A stretch of 64,000 nt of DNA, taken from assembly GCA_964408285.1 (NCBI GenBank), contig CAYOYV010000007.1, positions 1 through 64,000 on the forward strand, written 5' to 3'. The notes under the pieces are model-generated. The model was given only the letters and a program-made list of their open reading frames with translations. It searched no databases and was not told the DNA's origin. A program made the position numbers and the translations under genes. This stretch comes from an uncultured Nitrososphaerota archaeon. GTDB lineage: Archaea; Thermoproteota; EX4484-205; JAAOZO01. Below are positions 17,906-28,356 of the stretch, in pieces (position 1 is the first letter of the stretch; every line of letters begins with the position of its first letter).

Positions 17906-20227
17906 TCAATCCCGTGCATTATCTGCGCGAATGCGGCGCCTGACGGAAGGGAGGAAATCGTGGATCTCCTTACGGAGGAGTTTCAGCTTGGCATGAAGCA
18001 TGTCCGCCGCATGTGGCGCGGTGTGGTCACGACCATAGTACCAGTCGAGACGCATGTCGGCTTTGGCCACAGGGATCGCCTCAATGACATTCCGTTGCTC
18101 GTCCATAAGCACCTGGTGCCATCGCTTGTGGAGCTTCAGGGCTTCATCAACCTCCTTCCTGGTTTTGGAACGCTGCGAGGCTAAGGCCAACAGTCGGTCG
18201 CGCAACAGACAAGATTCATAGAAATTCGCTTCCGTTCTCGCCGTGTGATAGAACCAACGGATCTGGGAAACTTCCGCGGCGTATGGCAACCGGCATCTTT
18301 CCGGCACTCGAGATTGTGTCTTCCTGATCTCCTCCACGGCCCGCCCAAGGAGTCCCTCCATCTTCCGATAGAACCTCAGGAGCACCTCCCCATCCTGAAC
18401 GTTTTTCCAGAACATCGGACGGAACTTCAATCCCTCATCATCCGTGATTTCGGCGCGAAAGAGGTACTGGCAATAGAACACGGGGGGCAGGTCGGCTTCC
18501 GGATCAGCGCACATGGGATGTGCGGGCCCCATGTAGTGTGGCCCATTGTAATAGCCGGGAATCTGTGGAGAATAAGCAATGGCCTCGGAAACCAAGCGCC
18601 AAGCGTTGCGCAAGGAGGGACCTGATGTATGGCCGGCTACACGGTCTGCGAGGTTTTCGAGAATCCATTCCTTGTTGCGGCAGGGATCCCACCACATCCA
18701 TTGGAAGATTTCGGCCGCAACACTCCCGTAGCATTTTCGGAAAGCCGGCATGCAGAAGACTCCAGTCGCCCCGCACGAGGCGAGTGCTTCAGCGCGATCC
18801 AGCCAGCGATCTAGACACGGGACATCTGCAAGTCGAGACGCCTCGAACGCGAGTTCCGGCTCGCTCTTCATATAGATGGGAATTCCAGAAGCGCGGCATT
18901 CCGCAATCTGCTCCTTTGCTCTTTCACAGGGACCAATGGCGTCAATGCTGTAGTCCCACGCCCACTTCCGGAGTCCATCTGGCTTTTCGATGACGGCTTC
19001 CTTCTCGACCTCGGTCAGAATGCTCGTGCCAGCTCCGAGCTTCCGAATGGTCCTCGCCAAGAGGTCTCCTGTGGCCCAGACATGCTCAGCGGAGTACATC
19101 CAAGCAACGACCTGCGCTTCGGGATTCATCTTCCTTGCTGCCTCTGCCATGGTGTTGCAGAGGTTCGCAACCACGGTGTCAGCGCCCAGCGCCTCGCACC
19201 GAGGACAGGTGGTATGCCCTATCTTCGCCCCATGTGGGTGCATGAAACAGTGATAGAATCCTTCCCCTCCGGTGATCATGACGAGCCCCGAAAGACCCGG
19301 GATAGACCTGAAAATTCCCTCGACGGTCTCCCTGTAGTAACGGCGAACCAACGGATGCTCCGTGCAGAGGATATATTCCCCGTCCTCTTTCCACGTGAGG
19401 GCGCCACGAATCTCCGGATTCTTCACCAGAATGGGGTCATCTTTCGGAAACTTCCGCTGCGACGATACCCAGCAGTATGTCTTGAGCCCGTACTTCGCCG
19501 CTTCCTCACTTGCATCGTGCATTCTCTTCAGAAGATCCAGCTCGCGCCGGACGGCCAGCTCAGGAATGGCATCGCTGAGCGAAAGGGCATGGAACTGTGC
19601 CTCCGGCAATAGGACGGCGTTGAAGCCCATGAAGACGAGGTCGCGAAACGAGCCCATCCAGGGCACTGCGCCAAGCCGCACAGTCAAACGCGGCCTGTAG
19701 ACCTGCTCTCGCTTTTCCAAAAATGGCCCCTGCCTGAGGCCCATGAGATTGACTATGCGAACAATTCCGTCGCGCAATCCTGCGGGATCGCGGCCATGGA
19801 CCCGCACCCTCTCCGGGGTAACTGAAAGCGTGAAGCTCTCGGGAGTCTTCGGGTCGCCGCCGCCCTCATCAAGCAGAATAAAGCAACGCTTTTCCGACTC
19901 TACTTCAGTAGCGGGAACAGCCCTGAGCCTTATCGGCATCCTCATCCGCTGTTTGAGGAAGTCTGCGAGGTGTCCGGCCATCAGCCGTGTCAAGGGTTGG
20001 GCTTTCTCTGAAATGACTATCGTCCACTTCGAATCGATTTCTATCTCGACAATTCTCGGCTGCGCGTCCAGGTCGCGGCTGAATCGCGAGAAATAATCTT
20101 CTGACAACACGCTGAACGGGCTTGCCGCGTAGTCTGCGTCCGCCTCGCGTGAAAGTCGCGCCGTCAACTGCTTCAGGGTCTCCGGTGACAACTGTGGCGC
20201 ATGGGCTAAGGATTTCGATCGAGGCAT
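17906..20227 (-). CDS. Large hypothetical protein, probable glycoside-hydrolase-like fold
   Basis: N-terminal PESFTLSV...VHGRDPAGLRDG resembles the GH20/GH67 N-domain; the catalytic family is not recognised. Confidence 0.6.
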   Translation of the reverse strand: MPRSKSLAHAPQLSPETLKQLTARLSREADADYAASPFSVLSEDYFSRFSRDLDAQPRIVEIEIDSKWTIVISEKAQPLTRLMAGHLADFLKQRMRMPIRLRAVPATEVESEKRCFILLDEGGGDPKTPESFTLSVTPERVRVHGRDPAGLRDGIVRIVNLMGLRQGPFLEKREQVYRPRLTVRLGAVPWMGSFRDLVFMGFNAVLLPEAQFHALSLSDAIPELAVRRELDLLKRMHDASEEAAKYGLKTYCWVSSQRKFPKDDPILVKNPEIRGALTWKEDGEYILCTEHPLVRRYYRETVEGIFRSIPGLSGLVMITGGEGFYHCFMHPHGAKIGHTTCPRCEALGADTVVANLCNTMAEAARKMNPEAQVVAWMYSAEHVWATGDLLARTIRKLGAGTSILTEVEKEAVIEKPDGLRKWAWDYSIDAIGPCERAKEQIAECRASGIPIYMKSEPELAFEASRLADVPCLDRWLDRAEALASCGATGVFCMPAFRKCYGSVAAEIFQWMWWDPCRNKEWILENLADRVAGHTSGPSLRNAWRLVSEAIAYSPQIPGYYNGPHYMGPAHPMCADPEADLPPVFYCQYLFRAEITDDEGLKFRPMFWKNVQDGEVLLRFYRKMEGLLGRAVEEIRKTQSRVPERCRLPYAAEVSQIRWFYHTARTEANFYESCLLRDRLLALASQRSKTRKEVDEALKLHKRWHQVLMDEQRNVIEAIPVAKADMRLDWYYGRDHTAPHAADMLHAKLKLLRKEIHDFLPSVRRRIRADNARD

Positions 20228-20277
20228 GAAACCACCCTGCCCGACCCTCTCTTATCTGTTTGTCCTGTCATACATGA

Positions 20278-22014
20278 TCAAACCACGCGCGCGCCGCAAA
20301 CCAAGGCTATTCCGATGAAAATCAGCAGACCCACTATGGGAAGGGCAGAAAACGGCGGGATGGTCTCCGTTGGAGTCCCATAGCGCAACAAGTAGATTTC
20401 ATTGGAAACTAGGTCTGAAACTCTTGTAACATTAGAAATCGAATTCCAACGAGGGTCAAAATAGATTTCATAGATGCCGGTTGTGCTAAAATAATGATTT
20501 GTAGGTTTGTTCCCATAGAGGAATCTCAGTATTGTTCCACTCCAAACTGGGATTTTGATCCTATTCTTTTCGAGGTCACATTCGAAATGACGGAAATTTA
20601 GGCAGTTGTATCTATTCGAAGCCAACGGTATCGCCAAACCGCTGCCGTTCTCGACAGAAATCCCGGTCAGAAACAAACATAATGCAGCTTGTGCCGTTGC
20701 CTCGTCGGAATAGGTACAGGAACTTGATAGCCTAAACCGATTTGTGTTGGGTTGCTTCAAATCGGATCTGCCTAAACCTGTCCAAGCTTGTGTAGCATCA
20801 TTTCCTTCTAGCATATTCCTCATATTTGTTTGATTTCCCTCGTTGAAGAGCGGATAGAAGGTCTGGAGCAATATCCAGGCATCGAGTGTTCCGTCTAGTC
20901 TTCGTTCACGATTGCCCGGATTATGATGTTGCACAACTTCATATTCTCCGTGCCATTGCGGAGAATTCCATAATCTGTTGATGTATCTACACTGTAGATC
21001 CGTTGTAACCCTGGTCCAGTTGCCTAGTCTAGCTCCATTCAGGTGGAGTCTCGCAACACTCGGGAAAATGCTCATGCCGGAAAATTCCCAACCTGCCCAT
21101 CCTATCTCCGGAACGTAATTGAAGTGATCACCCGACCACAGTTGCTTATTTATCCACTGCCATTCTTGTACTGCACATTGAAGTGAATCTTGCTCACCCA
21201 ATTCGTAGAAAGTGAAGAAACAATCCATTAGATTTCCAGCTTCATGCCATCTTGCCCCGCGTTGTGATTTTGCGTCTTGAGTGTCAGGATTGCACTCGTA
21301 GAATGCCCTTCCATACCGATCTCTTATGGATTTTAGGCCCAAGAACCCAGAGGTTTCGTTCCATTTTCCGGTCTCCCAATCATATTTCCTAGCGTAACTA
21401 TAAGCCCAGAGCGCTATCCTATCATAAACACTGAAGTATCCCGAGGCTGCAGGATTGGTCTTTGGAAGAGAGTATTTCTTGAACATCGGAATATTGCTTA
21501 AAGCAAGTTTCACTTCATTGTCAATGATATTAGAGGAATATCCCGCTCGTTCCGCGTAGTACTTCACTCGAAGAACATCTATCCAATTTCCTTCATAACC
21601 CATTCTGAGTATCCAAGTGTCAAAATCGGTTGGAATCGATTTGTGCATCACAACCCCAACATTCACGAGATAATTCCAGCTTTCAACTTCACTTAGACAA
21701 GCTTTTATCTGATTCACCAAAGGAGGGCTCTCGCTTGTGGAAAGGTTTGAGTTGAGGGAATCCTTCTGAGATCTTGGGAATAGTAACGGCTTGCTCCCAT
21801 CTAATTGGATTGTTCGGCCCCCTACAGAATTCGTCAGGAGAGCAGATTGTCTCATCTTCGCGCTGTCACCCGATGAATAATCCGCCTTACCGCTTTGGGC
21901 ACTCGCTATTCCTGCATTAGTGGTCAGATTAGTGCTGCCAATTCCAACGAAAACCAGAAGAAAGATCATTCCGAGCATGCAAAGGAGCCTCTTATTGGAC
22001 TTCTCGCTCCTCAA
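20278..22014 (-). CDS. Secreted/surface protein with C-terminal TM anchor
   Basis: Signal peptide; C-terminal IPPF plus hydrophobic helix (PEF-CTERM-like). Confidence 0.7.
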   Translation of the reverse strand: MRSEKSNKRLLCMLGMIFLLVFVGIGSTNLTTNAGIASAQSGKADYSSGDSAKMRQSALLTNSVGGRTIQLDGSKPLLFPRSQKDSLNSNLSTSESPPLVNQIKACLSEVESWNYLVNVGVVMHKSIPTDFDTWILRMGYEGNWIDVLRVKYYAERAGYSSNIIDNEVKLALSNIPMFKKYSLPKTNPAASGYFSVYDRIALWAYSYARKYDWETGKWNETSGFLGLKSIRDRYGRAFYECNPDTQDAKSQRGARWHEAGNLMDCFFTFYELGEQDSLQCAVQEWQWINKQLWSGDHFNYVPEIGWAGWEFSGMSIFPSVARLHLNGARLGNWTRVTTDLQCRYINRLWNSPQWHGEYEVVQHHNPGNRERRLDGTLDAWILLQTFYPLFNEGNQTNMRNMLEGNDATQAWTGLGRSDLKQPNTNRFRLSSSCTYSDEATAQAALCLFLTGISVENGSGLAIPLASNRYNCLNFRHFECDLEKNRIKIPVWSGTILRFLYGNKPTNHYFSTTGIYEIYFDPRWNSISNVTRVSDLVSNEIYLLRYGTPTETIPPFSALPIVGLLIFIGIALVCGARVV

Positions 22015-22292
22015 TGAGAATCCCTCCGAGGAGTTCCCTTGACCGAATTTAAGTCTAAACCACGGTTTCAGCCACGATATTCTGCCTCAAAGATCGCACT
22101 CAACTCGGAGAATTCTCTCAACAGTTTCTGGGATAGGAGAAGTGGAGATGTTTTTCTGGTGACAGAACGATGGGCGCGTGAAGTGCCGCCACATTTTCCT
22201 CATCATCGATTCCCAGCATCTCGATGAATGGTGAGCTTCATCAGTTCAAATCCCGCCTGCCGGACAGGGTTAATTATCTAGGAATTGGTTCA

Positions 22293-22769
22293 ATGACCAT
22301 GGAAAAAGAAATGCAGAAACTACTGGATATGTTCGAGGAAAATGGAATAGAATATCAGCTGTACAAGCATGAACCTGTGTACACTTCCGAGCAGGCTTCG
22401 AAGGCCAGAGGAGTCGAGCTAAAGACCGGCGTAAAGTCAATGGTTCTAAGGACGAAGGAGGACAAGTACATTCTAGCTAATATCGCTGCAGACAGAAAAA
22501 TAGACATCAAGAAATTGGAGAGAATCGTAGGTACGAAAGAGCTGAGATTTGCCACCAAAGAAGAGGTCATGGCTATTACTAACTGTGAGCCCGGTTCCGT
22601 ACATCCCTTCGGCAGACTATTCGACATAGATACATATCTAGACGAATCCGTGCTGGAGAATGATTTCGTGAATTTCAATATAGGAATGCTTACAAGAAGT
22701 GTGAAGATAAGAAAAGACGATCTTGTAAGGTCACTACAATCCAAGGTAGCAGATTTCTGCAAGACCTGA
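22293..22769 (+). CDS. YbaK/ProX family aminoacyl-tRNA deacylase
   Basis: VKSMVL lysine, LRFA, PGSVHPFG. Confidence 0.9.
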   Translation: MTMEKEMQKLLDMFEENGIEYQLYKHEPVYTSEQASKARGVELKTGVKSMVLRTKEDKYILANIAADRKIDIKKLERIVGTKELRFATKEEVMAITNCEPGSVHPFGRLFDIDTYLDESVLENDFVNFNIGMLTRSVKIRKDDLVRSLQSKVADFCKT

Positions 22770-22841
22770 TCATCAACTGGAAGCGCACGACTATATGAGT
22801 TGCAGGTTTGTGTCCGATGCGCTAGTTTGCCTTTCAGCGAT

Positions 22842-23348
22842 CTATTCTTCGGGCTTGCGGCTCCGACCAAATAGTAAGGCACCGTACAATGCAGCACCTA
22901 AGAGGAAGCACAGGATGCAAAAAGCGAAGGGGCTCAGTCCTATGCGAACATCAACATCGAGGAGAGGATTGAAATCCAGTGGATAGAAAGGCCTTATGTC
23001 CGTGTACAATGGAGCATCCAGTAGTATATGGGAATAAACACCCAATATAGCTCCTGCCATTATGGACACACGTGACGATCGTTGCTGAAGTTTCAGTAGA
23101 CCCATGGCTTTCCGCATGGGGCTATTCAGTCTGAACATGACCGGGGCAAGGAGCAAGGCGACGATCGTGCCCCCTATGAACGAATGAAAGAACCCGTGAA
23201 GAGGACAATCAAGTCCGAACACAAGAACTGCGAATGGCTCAAGGTCCAAGACAACGCTTGCGATGAAGAACGTTGGAAAATCGAGAAATCGAAGTGTAAG
23301 TAGACCAAACAAAAGTGCAGGGCCGAGATGGAATGGCGTGAAGGGCAT
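22842..23348 (-). CDS. Membrane metal-dependent hydrolase-like protein (DUF4184/YdjM-like)
   Basis: MPFTPFH, LHGFFHS, SHILLD. Confidence 0.8.
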   Translation of the reverse strand: MPFTPFHLGPALLFGLLTLRFLDFPTFFIASVVLDLEPFAVLVFGLDCPLHGFFHSFIGGTIVALLLAPVMFRLNSPMRKAMGLLKLQQRSSRVSIMAGAILGVYSHILLDAPLYTDIRPFYPLDFNPLLDVDVRIGLSPFAFCILCFLLGAALYGALLFGRSRKPEE

Positions 23349-23565
23349 GGTTGAATGGAGGAAGATAGGAGGCACATTAAATGCCTTTCCAGCATGTGGC
23401 CTAATCATTGAGTCCGCGTTATTGGGCCCAGTTGTTGACAGAAGGTCGCCTGTTTCGCACGCGCCTCACGAAGCTGTCATAGTCTTATGTTAATACGAGA
23501 TTCGTAGACAATCCCAAACCACATCGAAAATCCATTTAAGGACATGAGGAGCCCCCCATGAGGCG

Positions 23566-24255
23566 ATGAAGGGAAGTCCTGCCCACGATTACTCAGATGT
23601 TAGAGTAGTGATATTCGACTTCGATGGCACATTGACCACATACCGTCCCATGATGATCGAAGCTATCCGGCAGACCCTCAAGCTTCATGGTATCGAGAGA
23701 ACTGAAGTTGAACTGATCTCCGAATTCAAAGACCACCTACACGCTGGAATTAGAGATCTCCCATCGATTCTCAGGGCGATGCTTGAGACACCAACTTCAC
23801 GCAAGAGCGATGAGGTTTGGAGGCTCTTCGTTGGCACTCTGATGCGCTTGATTGAAGAGGCTGGTCCTCCAGAGGGCGTAAGCCAAGCTCTTGGGGAGCT
23901 CAGGGGTCGAGGAATTCAACTTGCCATAGTAAGCTTCCGTAGGAGGGATCTATTGAGATCTTTGTTATCAAAGATGTCCTGGGAGCAATTCTTCGACGCA
24001 GTAATAACGCCTCAGGATGTTCAGGCATTCAAGCCAAATCAAGATCCATTTCTTAGGGTGGCCACGCTTTTGAACGTAAGACCTGAAGAGTGCATCGTCG
24101 TAGGCGATGAACCTGCCGACATCCTAGGAGGAAAAGCGGCCGGGATGAGAACGGTTGGAGTGTTGACTGGCATGTTGGACAAGACCCTTCTCGAAGAACT
24201 GGGGCCCACATCAATAATAGGCTCTGTAGTTGAGATTGGCAAATTGCTTGACTAG
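23566..24255 (+). CDS. HAD family hydrolase
   Basis: FDFDGTL, KP, VGD...D. Confidence 0.93.
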   Translation: MKGSPAHDYSDVRVVIFDFDGTLTTYRPMMIEAIRQTLKLHGIERTEVELISEFKDHLHAGIRDLPSILRAMLETPTSRKSDEVWRLFVGTLMRLIEEAGPPEGVSQALGELRGRGIQLAIVSFRRRDLLRSLLSKMSWEQFFDAVITPQDVQAFKPNQDPFLRVATLLNVRPEECIVVGDEPADILGGKAAGMRTVGVLTGMLDKTLLEELGPTSIIGSVVEIGKLLD

Positions 24256-24292
24256 CCCGAACACACGCGTAGACTCATAGTACAGGGTACGA

Positions 24293-27055
24293 TCAGAATT
24301 GCTGATACGCTGAAGACATAATCACAAAAGAATTCCTCCCTTTCGTCTCTCGCAAAGGAAAGAACAGCATCCGCGTGCGTTCCCCCTCGATAGTGAGACC
24401 AGGAGGTCCTTTGATGACTATCGTGGTCTTGGCCGCAGTTGCTTCGACATGGTCGATTTCGTAGCCTTGGATGCTCCCGTCCCCATGGATGAGCAGCAAC
24501 GCAGCTCCGTCAAGAGAGCAGTCCGTTGGTAAGTTGGCGTCCGTCTCGAAACCACAATCGATAGCCCCTGTGATTCCGCCTTCCCAACGGCCCGGGGCTT
24601 TGAGCGAGCGATCACCGTAAGTCAACTCCATGCCATCCAACAAGTACATCCAAGTGACCTGGCCTTTGGACGTCGAGACGATGCCGAATCTGCCGCGTAA
24701 CTCGATCCGCTTTGGACCCAGGATCTGGCGAAGTTGGTAGGGAGGCTCATCATTTGTGCTCAAGATATAGTCAATGCGATCGCCTATACGAACGGCCAGT
24801 GCCACAGCGAATTCGCCGCTGGGATGAAATTCCAGCCTCTGTAACTCGTCGATAGCCGGCCGACCTCTATATGGTTCGTGGACAGCTGCGAAAGCGCTGG
24901 AGAGATTTTTGCCCAGTCGCCGGGCCAACACGATGGGCATCGTGTACTTTCCGGCCTCAGCATCTTTTTCGAGGGCTCGTCGCATAGAGAAGGCTCTGCC
25001 AAATACCACCTCCGTTCCGGGGTTTCCTGACATGATCGTCCTAAGCCCTATCTCGCTCTCTTCGACATAGCGAAAATCGACCCACCAGGGTTCGTTCGTC
25101 CTGCAAACCCGTATTTCTCTAATCTCCCTGTAGGAGCTGTCATCCTCTTCCCCCCGTATCTTGTCGAACTCGAAAAGGGTTCCGTCTCGAGGCTGGAGTG
25201 TCAAATTGGAGACAGCCAACTGCTCTGTATCCGCGTCGCCGTGTAGGGCCCAGTCATGAGATCCGCCACCCTTCACGCGGAATATATCAACCACGTAGAA
25301 GTCATTCTCAGACAGAGCTATTGTCGCCAGCAGACGCCGATAGGTTTTGACCCCTCTATAGCGATAGAAGGCTGGCCCTTCTGCTTCAACGACTTGGACC
25401 TTGTCGTGGCGGGGGTCGTAAAGGAGCAGGTTTCCGAAGTGTTCTGCGTCATGCAGGTTCCCTTGAAAATGGCTGGTCTTGGTCTCAACCCACATTCCTT
25501 CCCGAAAGAAGCCCTTGTCCGAAGGGGATTGGTCTTGGCGATCCACCACCACCGTGTTGTGGAGCACAGTCGGGTACGTGCGCCATGTCATCGAACGTGC
25601 CCCACTGTAGCCCAAGTCACATACCATCTCTCGGCCCTTCGCAAAGAGGATAGTGTTGAGACTGTCAGCGTGCCAGTGGCCAAGGTGGGCGTAGCACCAG
25701 TGCAGGTGAACCTGCCAACCTTCTTCTCCTAAACCGCGACCGAGGATGCAATGTCCCATGCCTGACAATAGGTGGGTTTCAAAAACCGCGTCGCGCTGGA
25801 CGGGAGGACGTGCCGGCAGGTACCACCACCAACCCCCTGTGTCATGTACGTGCGTCCTCATTGGAGCGACCAGCGGGCGTTCTCCGTGTTCTATTTGAGC
25901 GAACCGCGGACACTCCTTTTCCAGATCTAGGTTGTCAAACCTGCCCCCCGACGCAGGGTGCCGATAGCCTGGCGGGTCGCTGTAGCCCTTGGCCAAGTTC
26001 ACTATGGCTCGCAACGAGCGAACGACGCTTTGGTGGTAGCTTACCGTTCCCTCATTCCATATGCCCTCTCGGAAGAAGCCCTTCTCAATAACGCGTTGGA
26101 AGATCTCGCAGGCTTCGTGCACGTAGGCCGGTTCCTGAATGACTCTACCTAGAACCAGTAGCCCCCTTGCGTACTCTCCGTGCGCGTTTCGAACTCCTGC
26201 CAGGTCACTTTCGAACAGGTGGCAGAAATCTACCGTTGCCCGGAAGAAGGTTTCGATGAGGCCATTCACGTTCTTGCCCTTCTCCTGACTCAGTTTCTCC
26301 ATCTCTCCGCTCTGATAGATAAGGTCGTAGGAGAGAACCAACTCGACAGGTATCTCGTCCCAGAACCAATAGTCCGCCCATATGCCAGCCTGCGGGCTGT
26401 CAGTGGCGCTGTAGGGTGGTTTGCGATCGTGGAAAAAAACCGTATTGATCCCCAACCAATCGTCGCTTCCGTGGACTAACCAACATCGATACACCTCAGC
26501 GAAGCGAGCAAGGATTACAGCGGCTTTGTGGGCAAACCGCACATCTCCTGTCGCATGATATAACTTCGCCAAATCGAGCGCGCTCTCCGTGAAGTAGATC
26601 TTCTTGTGATAGTTAGCCCGACATTCAAAGAAGAACCTAATGCCCCTTGGGGACTCATAGTACCTGTAATCCTCATCAATTCCCAGGGGATTCCTCACTT
26701 TCAGGACCTTGTCGGCAGGGTACCTCTCATGCGGGATCTGAGAGTACGCGTCGAAGGTCATCTTGCAGTAGCGGCACCGTAGCTGACCAGGTGAGTTGAC
26801 ATCCCACGTGAGTTGATCGTTCTGCCGGCCCGTAGTGCAGTTCGGACACCTTATGCGAATGCTTGGGGTGCTTTGAGGCATCATCTTCTCAAGCTCACCG
26901 TCGGTCATCGCCATGACCCTTTCCACTTTCTCCGATAGCAGCTTCGCATCGACAACTGGCTCATAGACCGGATGCTCCCCCGGGTGCAATGCACGATTTT
27001 CGTACATAGAACCGCAGAACTGGTACTTGCCTCGTTCGTTTCTTGAGTTCAACAT
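24293..27055 (-). CDS. Heparinase II/III-like protein with N-terminal CxxC pair
   Basis: EGTVSYH, HWHADSL, DLGY, HNTVVVD; CPNC...CRYC. Confidence 0.8.
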   Translation of the reverse strand: MLNSRNERGKYQFCGSMYENRALHPGEHPVYEPVVDAKLLSEKVERVMAMTDGELEKMMPQSTPSIRIRCPNCTTGRQNDQLTWDVNSPGQLRCRYCKMTFDAYSQIPHERYPADKVLKVRNPLGIDEDYRYYESPRGIRFFFECRANYHKKIYFTESALDLAKLYHATGDVRFAHKAAVILARFAEVYRCWLVHGSDDWLGINTVFFHDRKPPYSATDSPQAGIWADYWFWDEIPVELVLSYDLIYQSGEMEKLSQEKGKNVNGLIETFFRATVDFCHLFESDLAGVRNAHGEYARGLLVLGRVIQEPAYVHEACEIFQRVIEKGFFREGIWNEGTVSYHQSVVRSLRAIVNLAKGYSDPPGYRHPASGGRFDNLDLEKECPRFAQIEHGERPLVAPMRTHVHDTGGWWWYLPARPPVQRDAVFETHLLSGMGHCILGRGLGEEGWQVHLHWCYAHLGHWHADSLNTILFAKGREMVCDLGYSGARSMTWRTYPTVLHNTVVVDRQDQSPSDKGFFREGMWVETKTSHFQGNLHDAEHFGNLLLYDPRHDKVQVVEAEGPAFYRYRGVKTYRRLLATIALSENDFYVVDIFRVKGGGSHDWALHGDADTEQLAVSNLTLQPRDGTLFEFDKIRGEEDDSSYREIREIRVCRTNEPWWVDFRYVEESEIGLRTIMSGNPGTEVVFGRAFSMRRALEKDAEAGKYTMPIVLARRLGKNLSSAFAAVHEPYRGRPAIDELQRLEFHPSGEFAVALAVRIGDRIDYILSTNDEPPYQLRQILGPKRIELRGRFGIVSTSKGQVTWMYLLDGMELTYGDRSLKAPGRWEGGITGAIDCGFETDANLPTDCSLDGAALLLIHGDGSIQGYEIDHVEATAAKTTIVIKGPPGLTIEGERTRMLFFPLRETKGRNSFVIMSSAYQQF

Positions 27056-27113
27056 AGTTCCGCTCCCTGAAAACCAAGCACTATCCGTGCTCTCTTATTC
27101 ATCATACATAGCC

Positions 27114-28262
27114 TCAATTCTGTTTCTCCCACATTTCATCCAGCTTGATTGATTTACTCGGAAGAATCGCTGAATAATGATTCACTCCAACTGGGTCGTC
27201 AAGTGAGAATGGCCCTTGCCATCTATTGCGAGTTGGCGCCCCAAAACAGACGTTTGCCTTCAAATCAGACAAGTCAAAGATTATTGAGAACAGCGTTCCA
27301 AAATAGTCGTCGTAGTAGTGTCCACAGAGGCCATGATATATCTCCTTGGAGAGCAGTTCCCTGATCGCTTCTTTGCTGATGCTAGGTGATTCGCGCGACA
27401 AACGGGTGCCGATGAGTTCAAACCTCCTCTTCGAATTCTTCAATATCCAATCGCCGGCGTATTTCTGATATTTGACTAAGTCAGGCAAAACATAATGGTT
27501 GGTTGAAAACAGGCATTGTTCAGATGAATTAGGCCCTACGCGTTTTGTATGATATTCTCCATCGAAGAACTGGGCCAGGGCAGCATTGTTCTCCTTGTCC
27601 GTCATCAGGAAGCTCCAATATCCACTGATTGGCATCTTCTCCAAATGCCTCAACGCTTCCGCAACCGTTTTGCAATTGTCCAATAATGCTCTAACGACCA
27701 AGAAGAAACCGAATCCTTTTTTCGTTGCTTCCCTCTTGAAGGTGCCTCCTCCTGTGAAGGTGATACACAATCCATACTCGTTCATTCCATCGTCTCGAGC
27801 AAGAAGGAATTCGGAGAATCCGATGTGTTTGACTTTTCCTTTGATTCTGATAGTGCAAAGACGGAAATCATTCTTTTCATGATGGTATTCGTAACTTCTC
27901 CCCACGTAGATGTGTTTATCATGCGTTATTGGCGACAGGACTGCCAGTTGGCTGCACCTTCCGGGCTGATAGACCGGGGGGTTGTAGATCTGAAGTCTCT
28001 CTGGTCCGACACCTAGACTATCCGCCAATCCCTTTATCTCATCGTTGATTCCGTGACAATATTTTTCATAGAAAGCCATCAGTTCCTCGAAATCACTGAA
28101 CCCCAGTTTCTTCGGTTCGACCTTCGCAGAAGCAAACCATTTGGCCTCGCTCGGGTTTTTTGCTTTCAGGATCTCGCCTTGTTGCACGCCGACCTCATAG
28201 CTGGAACCTTCCAGAACCACATGTTGAAAGTCCCTCCTTACTATTCTGTATTCGTGGTTCAA
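27114..28262 (-). CDS. C45 family Ntn-hydrolase/acyltransferase
   Basis: CSQ autoproteolytic Cys, GRSYE, DGMNEYGL, TNHY. Confidence 0.88.
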   Translation of the reverse strand: MNHEYRIVRRDFQHVVLEGSSYEVGVQQGEILKAKNPSEAKWFASAKVEPKKLGFSDFEELMAFYEKYCHGINDEIKGLADSLGVGPERLQIYNPPVYQPGRCSQLAVLSPITHDKHIYVGRSYEYHHEKNDFRLCTIRIKGKVKHIGFSEFLLARDDGMNEYGLCITFTGGGTFKREATKKGFGFFLVVRALLDNCKTVAEALRHLEKMPISGYWSFLMTDKENNAALAQFFDGEYHTKRVGPNSSEQCLFSTNHYVLPDLVKYQKYAGDWILKNSKRRFELIGTRLSRESPSISKEAIRELLSKEIYHGLCGHYYDDYFGTLFSIIFDLSDLKANVCFGAPTRNRWQGPFSLDDPVGVNHYSAILPSKSIKLDEMWEKQN

Positions 28263-28291
28263 TTTCGCTCAATCCACTTATGTTGTTCCGT

Positions 28292-28315
28292 GATATATAC
28301 TACGATATATACTAC
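28292..28315. repeat. Perfect 12-bp tandem duplication (GATATATACTAC)x2
   Basis: Read directly; lies ~30 bp upstream of the C45 gene. Confidence 0.9.
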
Positions 28316-28356
28316 TCTGATAGAACATGGAAATAAGGCTGTTGGGGGACTCACCA

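Larger units (their letters stand above)
1610..20294. repeat. Dispersed (CG)3-4 junction motif at gene boundaries
   Basis: CGCGCG at 1610, 1734, 2945, 3797, 4417, 6430, 6506, 7918, 10769, 11857, 16092, 17892 and 20286, all intergenic or at gene ends. Confidence 0.85.

Noticed and set aside
4419-22188. Shared CGCGYGAAGTGCCG at ~4419 and ~22175 as an extended consensus
   Set aside because: Only two instances; other junctions share no flanking sequence.
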